Positions 1 to 9,697 are shown, numbered from the stretch's first letter. The stretch is DNA of 64,000 nucleotides from Nannocystis bainbridge (GCF_028368995.1 NZ_JAQNDL010000005.1:128001-192000); one strand, 5' to 3'. Notes: a model not told the origin generated them from the letters alone. A program made the numbers and translations.

Positions 1-691
1 CCTCCTCGTCGAGCCCGTGCCCGGCGATCCGGTCGACTTCAAGCCGGTCCCGGTGCGCGCCGGCGGCATCGCCTGGTACGGCGACACCCTCTACCTCGCC
101 GACCCGACCCAGGGCCTGCGCGTGTTCGACCTGTCGCGCCTGCTCGAGGTCAACGCCAACGTCGACAAGGTCGGCTACGACCCCAAGGTCGCCGACTACT
201 ACGGCGGCCTCTACTCGTACGTCGCGGTGCAGATCGGCGCCTACAAGCACGCCTCCGCCTGCGCCCCGCGCTTCTCCACCCTCGCGCTCGACCGCAGCAC
301 CAGCCCGCCGGAGCTGGTCGTCGGCGAGTACTGCGACGGCCTCGCTACCTGCGCCAGCGCCATCGGCGGCCGCGTCTTCACCTGGCCGCTCGACCCGGTC
401 AGCGGCCGCCTGCCGTTCGACATCACCTGGGCCAACTCGGCCGCCTACACCGGCGAGACCCAGATCCAGGGCGTCACCCGCAGCGACGGCGCGCTCTACC
501 TGACGAGCAGCGCCCCGCCCGGCGATCCCGGCGCGCTGCACGTGGTCCCCCCCGTCGGCCCCGCCACGGTCCACGGCTGGATCGACACGCCCAGGGCCGT
601 GATGCTCGACGGCGACCGGATCTGGGGCATGTCCGAAAAGTCAGGTGCGAGGTTCGTGTTCGCCGCCGCCCGCTCGGCCTACGAGCAATGA
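1..691 (+). CDS. Hypothetical secreted beta-propeller-like protein, 5' end outside window
   Basis: Open frame from the window edge to TGA at 691 with high GC3. Strand-rich motifs (AGGIAWYGDTLYLAD, QIQGV...LYLTSS). Confidence 0.55.
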   Translation, partial: LLVEPVPGDPVDFKPVPVRAGGIAWYGDTLYLADPTQGLRVFDLSRLLEVNANVDKVGYDPKVADYYGGLYSYVAVQIGAYKHASACAPRFSTLALDRSTSPPELVVGEYCDGLATCASAIGGRVFTWPLDPVSGRLPFDITWANSAAYTGETQIQGVTRSDGALYLTSSAPPGDPGALHVVPPVGPATVHGWIDTPRAVMLDGDRIWGMSEKSGARFVFAAARSAYEQ

Positions 692-849
692 CATGTGCCC
701 GCGGACAGGAGCATGTCCCATCCGCCATGTTCGCATGGACATGTCCTCTCGGACATGTCACGCCAAGGTGAACCCGACCGCAATTCCACGGCCGAGTCAC
801 TCCAGAGCCTCGTGACGCGTGAGCCCGACCGCCTTCGCACGCCCACGGG

Positions 850-921
850 ATGTCTTTCGGGACATGTTCGGTCGCGACCTCGGCATTCGAGCGCGATGTC
901 TTTCGGGACATGTTCGGTCGC
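850..921. repeat. 46-bp-period direct repeat, each copy carrying TGTCTTTCGGGACA
   Basis: ATGTCTTTCGGGACATGTTCGGTCGCG occurs at 850 and 896. Confidence 0.85.
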
Positions 922-1095
922 GGCTTTGGCGTTCGGGCGCGACGCTCGCCGAGTCCGCGATTCGGCCGCGCGTCGCTGTCGGCGCGCGCCCCCGAAAAAT
1001 TGCGACATGTGACAGCCCCGTCGCGGCTTCGCCCTCCGCGCGCCAAATTGTCGCTGAACGGCCCTCGCCTGGCCCCTAAAACCGCGAAAACCCGC

Positions 1096-1111
1096 TGGCA
1101 CGTCTGCTGCA
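1096..1111 (+). promoter_or_regulatory. Putative sigma54 (-24/-12) promoter
   Basis: TGGCACGTCTGCTGCA fits GG-N10-GC and lies just upstream of the ORF at 1127. Confidence 0.5.
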
Positions 1112-1126
1112 ACCGAGGCCCCCCAG

Positions 1127-1576
1127 GTGTCCCCGGTGTCTCAGCGCCTCGTCCGCCCCCTCCTCGATGGCCTCAGCCTGCTCGTGTTCCTGTTCGCCGT
1201 GACGTGCGCCGTGCGCCACATGCTCGGCCCCGGATGCAGCGGCGGCGCCTGCCTCGACAGCGCGCGCGACGAGCTGCAGCACTCGGCCGCGCTGCTGCGG
1301 CAACAGGCCCACCTCGACCTCGACGGCCTGCAGGCCAGCCTGGCCCACCCCGACGCGCTCACCGACCTGCGCGTGCCTGGCCGCCGCGGCCGCCTCGAGC
1401 CGCTCGACCCCTGGCAGCGCCCCCTCGTGCTCCGCCCGCTCGACGGCGAGTGGCTGCTGGAGCTGCGCTCGCGCGGTCAGGACGGCCGCCTCGACACCGA
1501 CGACGACCTCTATTTCCGCATGACCCCCGCCGGCCAGGCGGAATTCGACCCCGGGACCGCGCAGCACCTGCCCTGA
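1127..1576 (+). CDS. Membrane-anchored protein with a GspG-like (T2SS pseudopilin C-terminal) motif
   Basis: N-terminal TM helix. DPWQRP...LRSRGQDGRLDTDDD resembles the GspG C-terminal signature. Confidence 0.55.
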   Translation: MSPVSQRLVRPLLDGLSLLVFLFAVTCAVRHMLGPGCSGGACLDSARDELQHSAALLRQQAHLDLDGLQASLAHPDALTDLRVPGRRGRLEPLDPWQRPLVLRPLDGEWLLELRSRGQDGRLDTDDDLYFRMTPAGQAEFDPGTAQHLP

Positions 1577-1613
1577 AGGCCAGGTCATGGATCCGGCGGC
1601 CTCGACCGCCCGA

Positions 1614-2627
1614 TCAGCCCGAACGCCCGGGCGCCCCGTCGCCGCGCCGCAGCGCCGCCGCGATCGCCTGCGGGTCGAGGCGAAAGATCAGGTCCGTCTC
1701 CACGTACGGGCTGATCGCGCAGCCATCTCCGCCGCGCGGGTGCGGCATCTCGAAGAACGCGCGGGCGAACCCGACCTCGCGGCCGTTGAGGTAGCTACCT
1801 GTCCCCGAGGTCAGGTGGCACGGCACCACCCATCCCTCGGGCATCACCGTGGCGAAGTAGCGCCCCGCGTGACAGGCGGCGCAGTCGTGGAAGCGCGGGG
1901 CCCGGCGCAACCTGCTCAAAAAGCCAGGTGATGCCCCGAGCGGCAGCCCGCGCGCGCGCAGGCGCTCGAGCCGGTCGGCCACCTCGGCCAGCACCGCCGG
2001 CGTCAGGGCCGGGTGCAGCCCCGCCGCGGCGTCGAAGCACTCCTCGTGGGCCGGCTGGAAATACGCCCACACCCCGAGCGACCCGGCCAGCTCCGCGATC
2101 TCCTCGATCCGCCCGACGTTCCACGGCCCCACCACCGTGATCGTCGCCACCGACATGCCGAGCCCGCGCGCCTGCTCGATCGCCGCGATCACCCGCGCGT
2201 ACGAGCCCGGCCGCCGGCGCACCAGGTCGTGCACCGGCTCGGGCCCGTCGAGCGACAGCACCACCATGTCGAGGATGCCCGACATGTCCTTCAGGACATT
2301 GCCCGTGCGCCAGCCGTTGGTGTTCATCGAAGTGAAGCACCCGACCCGCTTGGCGTGGCCGATGATCCGCGGCGCGTCGCGGCGCAGCAGGACCTCGCCG
2401 CCGGAGAAGCTGGCCCGCGCCATGCCGGCCGCCCGCAGTTGATCGATGGCGCCGCAGAACTCGGCGTCGGTCATCTCGTAAGCAGCGCGCTCGGGGATCT
2501 CGCAGTACTCGCAACGAAAGTTGCAACGATGGGTGAGGATGAAGGTGACGCTGAACGGCAGCGCCCGCCCGACCACCCGCGCCGCCCCCAGCCGCACCAG
2601 GTCGCGCGCCTTGGCCAGCGCCGTCAC
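1614..2627 (-). CDS. Radical SAM protein with SPASM/twitch-like C-terminal cysteines
   Basis: CNFRCEYC (CxxxCxxC), SGGE, NTNG and SLDG motifs; C-terminal CAAC...PC...C. Confidence 0.9.
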   Translation of the reverse strand: MTALAKARDLVRLGAARVVGRALPFSVTFILTHRCNFRCEYCEIPERAAYEMTDAEFCGAIDQLRAAGMARASFSGGEVLLRRDAPRIIGHAKRVGCFTSMNTNGWRTGNVLKDMSGILDMVVLSLDGPEPVHDLVRRRPGSYARVIAAIEQARGLGMSVATITVVGPWNVGRIEEIAELAGSLGVWAYFQPAHEECFDAAAGLHPALTPAVLAEVADRLERLRARGLPLGASPGFLSRLRRAPRFHDCAACHAGRYFATVMPEGWVVPCHLTSGTGSYLNGREVGFARAFFEMPHPRGGDGCAISPYVETDLIFRLDPQAIAAALRRGDGAPGRSG

Positions 2628-2689
2628 GCCGCGCCTCCCTGCATCCGCGTCCGCGTCTGCCCCGGCCGCATAAGGTCGCGCCCCGTCAC
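2624..2689 (-). CDS. Mini-ORF 3 (MTGRDLMRPGQTRTRMQGGAA, 21 aa)
   Basis: GTG at 2689 overlaps the upstream TGA. Its own TGA overlaps the radical SAM GTG at 2627. GGAGG precedes the start. Confidence 0.4.
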   Translation of the reverse strand: MTGRDLMRPGQTRTRMQGGAA

Positions 2690-2760
2690 GCCGCCCCTCC
2701 CGACTGCACCGCCCCGCGTCGCAGCCGCTTACGCGCCCGCTCCAGGTCGCGCCCCGTCAT
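2686..2760 (-). CDS. Mini-ORF 2 (MTGRDLERARKRLRRGAVQSGGAA, 24 aa)
   Basis: ATGA/GTGA overlaps at both ends; GGAGGGG SD. Confidence 0.4.
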   Translation of the reverse strand: MTGRDLERARKRLRRGAVQSGGAA

Positions 2761-2840
2761 GCCGCCCCTCCCGACTGCACCGCCCCGCGTCGCAGCCGCT
2801 TAGGCGCCCGCTCCGGCCGCGCCAGGTCGTGCACCGTCAC
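2757..2840 (-). CDS. Mini-ORF 1 (MTVHDLARPERAPKRLRRGAVQSGGAA, 27 aa)
   Basis: GTG overlaps the UbiA stop and the TGA overlaps the next ATG; GGAGGGG SD. Confidence 0.4.
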   Translation of the reverse strand: MTVHDLARPERAPKRLRRGAVQSGGAA

Positions 2841-3745
2841 GCCGCCCCTCCCGGCGCCAGCGCGTAGATCACGGCCCCCGTCGCCAGCGCCAGCGCCCGG
2901 TGCCGCCGCCGCGCCGCCGCCGGATCGACCTGTCCGATCAGCCATGCCCCGAAGACCAGGCCCGCCGCCCCGCACAGGGCCGCCCACGGGCCCAGCAGCA
3001 ACGCCGCGGCCGCCGAACCCGCCAGCGCCAGCCAGCGCCCGGCCGCAGCCACGCCCGCGGGGCCCAGCCACTGCGCCGTCGTGAACACGCGCGCGCGCCG
3101 GTCCTCGGCCTCGTCGGCGCGCTCGTGGACCAGCTGGTTCTGCAGCAGCAGCGCCGTGAACACCAGCGACATGCCCCAAAAGCCAGGTGACCGCGGGGTC
3201 CCGACCAGCCCCAGCAGCGGCGCGAAGATGGCGACGTTGGCCAGCGTGCCGAGCCCCGGCAGCCGCTTGAGCCGCGGCCCGAGGCTGTACAGCGCCCCGG
3301 TCGTCAGGCTCACCGCCGCCGGCCCCAGCCCGCCGCTCTGCCCCGCGACCACCAGCGCCAGCAGCCCGCACGCCAGCGCCGGCACCACCGCCGCGCCGCC
3401 GACCTGCGCGCCGACCAGCGGGTTCTTGCCGCGCCCGTCGCTGCCGCGGTCGCCGTAGGCGTTGAGCCCGTAGGCGCTGGCCAGACACAGCGCGCCGGCG
3501 ACGCAGGCCCAAAGGACAGGTCCCATCGAACATGTCCCCGAGAACATGTCCTGAAGCGGCGCCCCGGCCAGCGGCAGCGGCACGAAGTGGGCCCACTGGC
3601 GCGCCCGCAGGGCCCGCAGCCCGAGCCTCACCCCGGCCCACGCAGGCGGCCTCGCATGGCCGGCGCGGCCGTCCCGGAGGCGCTCGGAGGTGGTCACGCC
3701 CGTCGACGATACCCCGCGAGCTCCCCAGGGTCCACGCCGCGTCAC
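2837..3745 (-). CDS. UbiA-family prenyltransferase (start uncertain: 3745, 3697 or 3631)
   Basis: Multi-TM protein. NAYGDRGSD...KNP and HERADEAEDRRARVFT match the two Asp-rich UbiA loops. Confidence 0.75.
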   Translation of the reverse strand: MTRRGPWGARGVSSTGVTTSERLRDGRAGHARPPAWAGVRLGLRALRARQWAHFVPLPLAGAPLQDMFSGTCSMGPVLWACVAGALCLASAYGLNAYGDRGSDGRGKNPLVGAQVGGAAVVPALACGLLALVVAGQSGGLGPAAVSLTTGALYSLGPRLKRLPGLGTLANVAIFAPLLGLVGTPRSPGFWGMSLVFTALLLQNQLVHERADEAEDRRARVFTTAQWLGPAGVAAAGRWLALAGSAAAALLLGPWAALCGAAGLVFGAWLIGQVDPAAARRRHRALALATGAVIYALAPGGAA

Positions 3746-3749
3746 CGCG

Positions 3750-4841
3750 TCACCCCGACCGCGGACGGCGCGGCAAGTCACGCGATCGACCTCGTCGCCG
3801 CCGCCACCCGATCCCGAGCCCCAACAGCGCCAGCGAGCCCCACGCGGGCCCGTCCTCGCCGATCCGGCAGCCCTTCTCATCCCCGGCCGGCGTCTCGCCG
3901 AACGGCGTGCCGTCCTCGTGCACCGGCGGCGTCAGGCACCCCCACAGCTCGACCTCCTCCGCCGTCACTTCCTCGATGCGCACCCGCGGCTCGCCGACCT
4001 CGTCGCGCCCGAAGCAGCGCGGCGGGCTCGCCACGGATGTCCCATCGACCAGGTCGGTCGCTCCGACGGTCACGCAGTATTCCGCCTGCGCCGCCGCGAA
4101 CGGCACCAGCCATTCCCCATGATGGCGGCCGAACATCTGCGACCGCGCGCCCGCGATCGGCTGCCCCTCCGCGTCGAGGGCCTGGGCCCACACCACGCTG
4201 TTGCCGGCCCGGGCCTCCGGCAGCGCCTCGAGCCCGATCGCCAGCGCCGGCAGCAGCTCGGTCTCGGCCGCCTTGCAGATCGACATCCCGCCGCAGCTGT
4301 CCGGCTCGCGCTCGCAGCAGACATGGTCGCGGCGAGCGCCCTGCGCCTCCGCGGCCGCGAACGACGCGATCGTCGGCGTCGCCAGCGGCGCCAGCGGCTC
4401 GGCCTCGACGACCACCGGGAACGTCACCTCCTGCGTCCCCGACTCGACCGATTCGACGATCGCGGTCGCCTGGTACTGCCCCGCCACCAGCGGCTCGGCC
4501 GGCCGCGCCACCACGACCACCGTCCACAGCGGCGCGCCGAGGTACACCTCTGCCTGCAGCGGCACCAGCTCGATCGTCGTGGCGATCGCCAGCCCGTCGC
4601 GCTCCAGCGTCACGCTCGCCGACGCCGCCGCGTCCGTCAGCTCCGTGGCGAACACGCTGCCGTACAGCGCGACGACCCCGCCCGGCGCCGTGACGAGCCG
4701 CTCGGGCGGGTTCGACAGCTCCCACACCTCGAGCCCGAGGCCCGGCGAACTCGTCGAGCAGGCGTCGGCCCGGCCCGGCGCCAGCGCCATCACGAGTCCC
4801 AAGAGACATGTCCCTAAAAACCTGTCCTGAAGTCTCATCAC
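3750..4841 (-). CDS. Secreted Cys-containing MYXO-CTERM surface protein
   Basis: Signal peptide; C-terminal GC...hydrophobic...WRRRR. Start overlaps the upstream stop (GTGA). Confidence 0.7.
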   Translation of the reverse strand: MMRLQDRFLGTCLLGLVMALAPGRADACSTSSPGLGLEVWELSNPPERLVTAPGGVVALYGSVFATELTDAAASASVTLERDGLAIATTIELVPLQAEVYLGAPLWTVVVVARPAEPLVAGQYQATAIVESVESGTQEVTFPVVVEAEPLAPLATPTIASFAAAEAQGARRDHVCCEREPDSCGGMSICKAAETELLPALAIGLEALPEARAGNSVVWAQALDAEGQPIAGARSQMFGRHHGEWLVPFAAAQAEYCVTVGATDLVDGTSVASPPRCFGRDEVGEPRVRIEEVTAEEVELWGCLTPPVHEDGTPFGETPAGDEKGCRIGEDGPAWGSLALLGLGIGWRRRRGRSRDLPRRPRSG

Positions 4842-6082
4842 GCCCGCCTCCGCCGCCGTCGTCCGGCGAGTAACAGCCCGATCAGCGCCGGCGCGCCGCC
4901 CGACGTCACCGCGCAGCCCGCCTCGCTGTCCTCGACCTCGACCGCGGTCACCGTCGCCTGTAGCGACCAGTCGACCCTGTCGCGCCGGAACGCCAGCGCC
5001 TCACTGAAGCGGTCGGGCGCCCCGGCCAGCTCCCCCGCCCACAACCAGCCGTCGGTCAACGCCAGCGACACGCCGAAGTAGTCCGGCGACTCGTGTCCGA
5101 CCTGCCCCGCGACCTTCCACGTCCCTCCCTCGCGGTGAAGGAAGCGGACGCGCGCCGGATCGCTGTCGTCGTCGGGGTCCTGGTGGAGCGAGATCGCGAT
5201 CGCCGCCCACTCACCGAACAGGGCGTGTGCGCGCCAGTAGCTGGCGTCGGTGAACGCCTCGATCGTCTGCGGCGCCGACCACCCGTCGGCCGTCCGCGAA
5301 TAAAGCCGCATCAACCCCTGCGGCGGCTCGATCGCCAGCAGCGTCGCGCCGTCGAACGCGTAGGCGTCGAGCTGCCCGTACTCGGGGACCGCGTAGGGCA
5401 GCACGCCCTCGAGCTGCCACGCCGTCCCCGCGCGCACCCACGTCTCGAACCCGTCCGGCGTCGGCGCCACCAGCACGCCGCGCGCCATCTGGAACGTCTC
5501 GCCGAATTGCCGCCGCGAGCCTGGCGCCCCGGCCAGGACCTGGCGGGCGACGATACCGGCGTCTGTCTTCTGGAACATGTGGATCTCGCCCGGATCCACC
5601 GCTCCGCCGCGCATCACGTACGGCGTGCCGACGGCGACCCATCCGTCGTCGACGGCGACCCGCGAGAAGTCGTAATCCTCGGCGCCCTCCGGCGGCCTCA
5701 GCTCCGCCAGCTCGGTCCACCCGGCCGCGCTGCGGCCGAACACCCACGCCTGCTCCGCGCCGTCCGAGTCGGCCCTGGCGACCGCCAGCAGGTCGCCCGC
5801 GAGCGCGACGCGGGTCCCGAACTCGGCCCTGAACTGCGGCGCGCGCGGCGTCACCCGCTGTTCGAAGCGCCATGTCCCTTCGACCAGGTGGTAGATGTCG
5901 ACCGCGCCGCCGTCGAATCGCGCGGCGTTGCTGAGCGGCGCGGCGATCGCCACCCGCTCGCCGTCGGCCGCGAGCTCGAGCCCGAAGTCGTCGCCGAGCT
6001 CCCCGGCGCGCGCGACCGCGGGCGCGACGAGCAGCGCGGCGACGACGAGACACCCCGATCGATACGAGCGCATCGTCGCCAC
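4838..6082 (-). CDS. FG-GAP-repeat beta-propeller protein with MYXO-CTERM
   Basis: Repeated FGxxLAL/VAI..GAP-like blades; signal peptide; GCAVT...LLLAGRRRRRRA tail. Confidence 0.75.
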   Translation of the reverse strand: MATMRSYRSGCLVVAALLVAPAVARAGELGDDFGLELAADGERVAIAAPLSNAARFDGGAVDIYHLVEGTWRFEQRVTPRAPQFRAEFGTRVALAGDLLAVARADSDGAEQAWVFGRSAAGWTELAELRPPEGAEDYDFSRVAVDDGWVAVGTPYVMRGGAVDPGEIHMFQKTDAGIVARQVLAGAPGSRRQFGETFQMARGVLVAPTPDGFETWVRAGTAWQLEGVLPYAVPEYGQLDAYAFDGATLLAIEPPQGLMRLYSRTADGWSAPQTIEAFTDASYWRAHALFGEWAAIAISLHQDPDDDSDPARVRFLHREGGTWKVAGQVGHESPDYFGVSLALTDGWLWAGELAGAPDRFSEALAFRRDRVDWSLQATVTAVEVEDSEAGCAVTSGGAPALIGLLLAGRRRRRRA

Positions 6083-6190
6083 AGTATCACGCGGGCCGCG
6101 GGCTTTCGCCGACGCGGCCGTGCCAGCGACGGCCCGTGCGAACGTCGTGCACCCGCCTCGCCGGCCCCGGCATGCCCCACCCCTGGCTCA

Positions 6191-7840
6191 CTAGCACTCC
6201 TCGGCCGCGTCGCTCAGGCAGGTCGCGGTGTACGTCGCTCCGCGCACGCGCGGGCCGGCGCGCCGCAGCTTGAACTCGACGTTGGTGTCGCGGTTGTCGC
6301 ACGGCACCGTCTGCGCGCCGCTGTCCGGATCGTGAACGGCGGTCATGTCGTCACGCGTGCTCGGCGTCAGGCCGCGCGGGTCGGTGAGCACGATGGTGCA
6401 CACGGAGCTGCCCTCGGGGACCGCCCAGTCGTCCTCGCCGACCGGGAGGCACGGCGGCAGGTCGATGACCTCGTCGTCGACGCGCTGCTGGATCTTGCAG
6501 TCGGCGTCGAGCGCCTCGGTCTCGAGGTCGCGGTCGGCGACCATCGTCGTGCCGCACACCGGCCGGAACGCCTTTTCGATCCGCCGGGCGATGCCCTCGA
6601 GCGCCGGCGTGTAGTCGTCCTCGCAGATCGAGTAGAGGTTGCGCGCCTCGCCCGCGAACGCCTCCGCGACGGCCCGCTCGCGCACCGGTGGCACCGCCGT
6701 GCTGCCGCTGCCGTCGCTGCTGTTGACGCAGCCGGGGGCGATGCCGAAGTTCCGGTCCTGCTCCGAGCCGACCTCAGCCTCGGCGTACGGGATCTCGATC
6801 TCGCCGTCCTGATAGCCCGCGGGCACGCCGGCGATCAGGGAGACGAGGACTTCGCGGCTCGGATCGATCAACTGCTTGTCGGCCCGGATCTTCTCCAGCA
6901 GGTCGACGTAGCGCGAGATCGGCCGCAGCACCGCGTCGGCGTCGGCGGCCCCGGGCTCACCGTCGATGCCGAAGTTGGCGGGCTCGCAGCCGGCGTAGAC
7001 CGGCCCCGGCCCGCTGCACTGGACCCCGGCGTTCCAGCAGGTCGCGCTGGTCGGCGACAGCCCGCTCGGGTCCTCCCAGAAGGTCTTGTCGGCGATGAAG
7101 ATGTCCTTGAAGGCAGGTTCATACGAGCAGTCGGTCTCGTCGGTGACCAGCACCACCGACAACAACGCGTTGTCGCGCATGAACCCGTAGTGGTCCTCGC
7201 CGGGCGCCAGCGCCTTCTTCAGCGCCAGGTACATCGACTCGAGCGGCTGCTCGTGACCGCAGCCGTCGATGCCCTGCGGCCCGAAACAGGCGAACGCGTC
7301 GGCCACCTCGACCCCGGCTGGCAAGTTGCTGACGTCGTCGATCTTCTCGATCCACGGCCGCGCGCGCCGCTCGGGGTCGAGGTCGGTCGCCGTCGGCGTG
7401 ATCGCCAGCGCGTCGCCGCCGAGCTTGCACACGTCGGTGCACGCGAACGCGGCGTCGACATCGCCGAACTGGAACGCCCCCTCGCCGAGCCGATCGAGGC
7501 AGCTGCGCAGCACCAGGTCGCCGCCCTCCGGCGTGGTCACGGCCGCCTCGCAGCGCGGGTTGCCGCTGTCGGTGGTGGTCACGCCGATGCGATAGTGGGC
7601 GCCCATCTCGTCGAGCCGGCGGGCGAACGCCTCGAAGTTGCGCGCCAGCCGAGCCTGCTCCTCGGCCATCGAGCCCGAGTTGTCGATGACGAACAGGATG
7701 TCGACGTCGCCGCCCTCGTCGAGCGGGATCCGGACCTCGTTGTTCTCGGTCTTGCAGAGCTCGACCCCCACCACCGGGTGCTCGAGGCAAGCAGTGAGGG
7801 CCACGGATACGAGAGGAAGCAGGGCTGCGCGCGACTTCAT
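6191..7840 (-). CDS. vWA-domain Cys-rich lipoprotein (myxobacterial)
   Basis: Likely start MKSRAALL...LTAC (lipobox). DILFVIDNSGSM MIDAS motif and TDE motif. Confidence 0.8.
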   Translation of the reverse strand: MKSRAALLPLVSVALTACLEHPVVGVELCKTENNEVRIPLDEGGDVDILFVIDNSGSMAEEQARLARNFEAFARRLDEMGAHYRIGVTTTDSGNPRCEAAVTTPEGGDLVLRSCLDRLGEGAFQFGDVDAAFACTDVCKLGGDALAITPTATDLDPERRARPWIEKIDDVSNLPAGVEVADAFACFGPQGIDGCGHEQPLESMYLALKKALAPGEDHYGFMRDNALLSVVLVTDETDCSYEPAFKDIFIADKTFWEDPSGLSPTSATCWNAGVQCSGPGPVYAGCEPANFGIDGEPGAADADAVLRPISRYVDLLEKIRADKQLIDPSREVLVSLIAGVPAGYQDGEIEIPYAEAEVGSEQDRNFGIAPGCVNSSDGSGSTAVPPVRERAVAEAFAGEARNLYSICEDDYTPALEGIARRIEKAFRPVCGTTMVADRDLETEALDADCKIQQRVDDEVIDLPPCLPVGEDDWAVPEGSSVCTIVLTDPRGLTPSTRDDMTAVHDPDSGAQTVPCDNRDTNVEFKLRRAGPRVRGATYTATCLSDAAEEC

Positions 7841-8231
7841 GGCTCCCCTCCGCTGCAAGCCGGTGGCCGCGTTGATCTTTCTCAGGAAATCGCGACGGGC
7901 GGGCCGCCCTCCGTCAACTCGATTGGCCAACTTGATTGCGAAGACAACTCTATTGACATACTGGGGCTTGGAGACCTCACTTTCTAATTCCCGCGATTCT
8001 GCGCCTAAATACAGACTATGAAACAAACGCTCGTGCGATTCGACAACTTGGATGACACCGGCATCCACCTGCAGACCGCTCGAAACCGCTCTTATATAAG
8101 ATATAAGCCAACAGACGAGCCCATCGTTGCGGCCCCGCGCCCACACTCGACCTGTCCCCAAGGACATATTCATCCCGTTCACCGCGCCGGGGAGCCGCTG
8201 TCTCAGTCCCGGCTGCTCCGACTCGCCCTCG

Positions 8232-8339
8232 CTCGCCCGCCGCCCACTCCGACCGTCGCCACCTCGGAGCGCACCGCCCTCGCTCGCCCGTCCGCCGCCC
8301 TCGCCACTCCGGCCGTGGCCACCTCGGAGCGCACCGCCC
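8232..8339. repeat. Imperfect ~57-bp tandem direct repeat
   Basis: cactccg.ccgt.gccacctcggagcgcaccgccc occurs twice. Confidence 0.7.
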
Positions 8340-8452
8340 CGCTCCCTCTTCGGCCGCCTCGCCGACCACACCCGGCCGCCGGCCGCCTCGTGCTCGACCC
8401 CGCCTGCGCTCGCCTGCGGCCTCGCCCGTCGATCTGCTACGATCGCCGCGAC

Positions 8453-9697
8453 GTGCGGCTCGCCTACCTCTCGCACTACTTCCCGCCCGAGTCCAACGCT
8501 CCGGCCGCGCGTGTCCACGAGCTCTCGCGCGCGCTCGTGCGGGCCGGGCACGAGGTCCACGTCGTCACCGGCCAGCCCAACCACCCGCACGGCAAGATCT
8601 ATCCCGGCTACCGCGCCGCCGAGTACCGACGCGAGCGCGTCGACGGCATCGAGGTCCACCGCGTGCCCACGCTCCCGGCCGCCAGCCGCGGCGTCCTGCA
8701 ACGTGGCCTCGGGTACATGTCCCTTCCGACATCCCAGGTCGCCTTCGGGGCCGCGCGCCTGCCCGCCGTCGACCTCGTGCTGGCCACCTCGCCGCAGATC
8801 CTCACCGGCGTCGCCGGGCTCGCGCTGGCCCGCCTGCGCCGGGTCCCGTTCGTGCTCGAGGTGCGCGACCTGTGGCCTGACGGCATCGTCGCCGTCGGCG
8901 CGCTGAAGCCCGGCCACCCGATCGTGCGCGCCCTCGAGGTCGTCGAGCGCGGCCTCTACCGCGGCGCGGCCGGCGTCGTCTCGGTCACCGACAGCTTCGT
9001 CGATCACTTCGTCGCCCGCGGCGTCCCGCGCGAGCGCGTCGCCGTGGTCAAGAACGGCATCGACACCGCCCTGTTCGCCGCCGACGCCGCCCCGGCCCCG
9101 CTGCGGGCCCAGCTCGGGATCCCCGCCGACGCGCTGCTGCTGCTCTACTGCGGCACGGTCGGCATGGCCCAGGACGTCGGTCTGCTGGCCCGCGCCGCCG
9201 CGCTCGCCGGCCCCGCCGACGACCTCCACGTCGTCGTCGTCGGCCACGGCGTCGGCCTCCAGGCCCTGGTCGACGAGGTCGCCGCGCTCGGCGTCGGCGC
9301 TCGCTTCCACATCCTCCCGTCGGTGCCGCGGCGCGACGTCCCGGGCCTCATCGCCGCCGCCGACGTCAGCGCGGTGATCCTGCGCGACGAGCCGACCTTC
9401 GCCCGCTACCTGCCCTCGAAGATCTTCGAGGCCATGGCGATGCGCCAGCCGATCCTGCTCGGGGTCCGCGGCGAGGCCCAGCGCCTGGTCGAAGGGTCAG
9501 GTGCGGGCCTGGCCTTCACGCCCGGCGATCCGGCCGACGCGCTGGCCAAGCTGCGCACGTTCGCGGCGCTCGGTCGCGACGGTCGCGCGCGCATGGGCGA
9601 GGCCGCTCGCGCCCACGTGCTCGCGCATCACGACCGCGACCGCCAGGCCGACGACCTGGCCCGCTTCCTCGCGGGCATCGTCAGGAGCGGCGCATGA
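8453..9697 (+). CDS. Glycosyltransferase family 4 (WbuB-like)
   Basis: HYFPPE, GHEVHVVTGQPNHP, EVRDLWP and PSKIFEAMAM motifs; GTG start at 8453. Confidence 0.9.
   Translation: MRLAYLSHYFPPESNAPAARVHELSRALVRAGHEVHVVTGQPNHPHGKIYPGYRAAEYRRERVDGIEVHRVPTLPAASRGVLQRGLGYMSLPTSQVAFGAARLPAVDLVLATSPQILTGVAGLALARLRRVPFVLEVRDLWPDGIVAVGALKPGHPIVRALEVVERGLYRGAAGVVSVTDSFVDHFVARGVPRERVAVVKNGIDTALFAADAAPAPLRAQLGIPADALLLLYCGTVGMAQDVGLLARAAALAGPADDLHVVVVGHGVGLQALVDEVAALGVGARFHILPSVPRRDVPGLIAAADVSAVILRDEPTFARYLPSKIFEAMAMRQPILLGVRGEAQRLVEGSGAGLAFTPGDPADALAKLRTFAALGRDGRARMGEAARAHVLAHHDRDRQADDLARFLAGIVRSGA

Noticed and set aside
737-746. GGACATGTCC resembles a eukaryotic p53 half-site
   Set aside because: Coincidental. 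It arises at junctions of abutting TGTC-N6-GACA units in a bacterial genome.
7953-7990. TTGACA as a -35 box
   Set aside because: No plausible -10 hexamer at 16-18 bp spacing.
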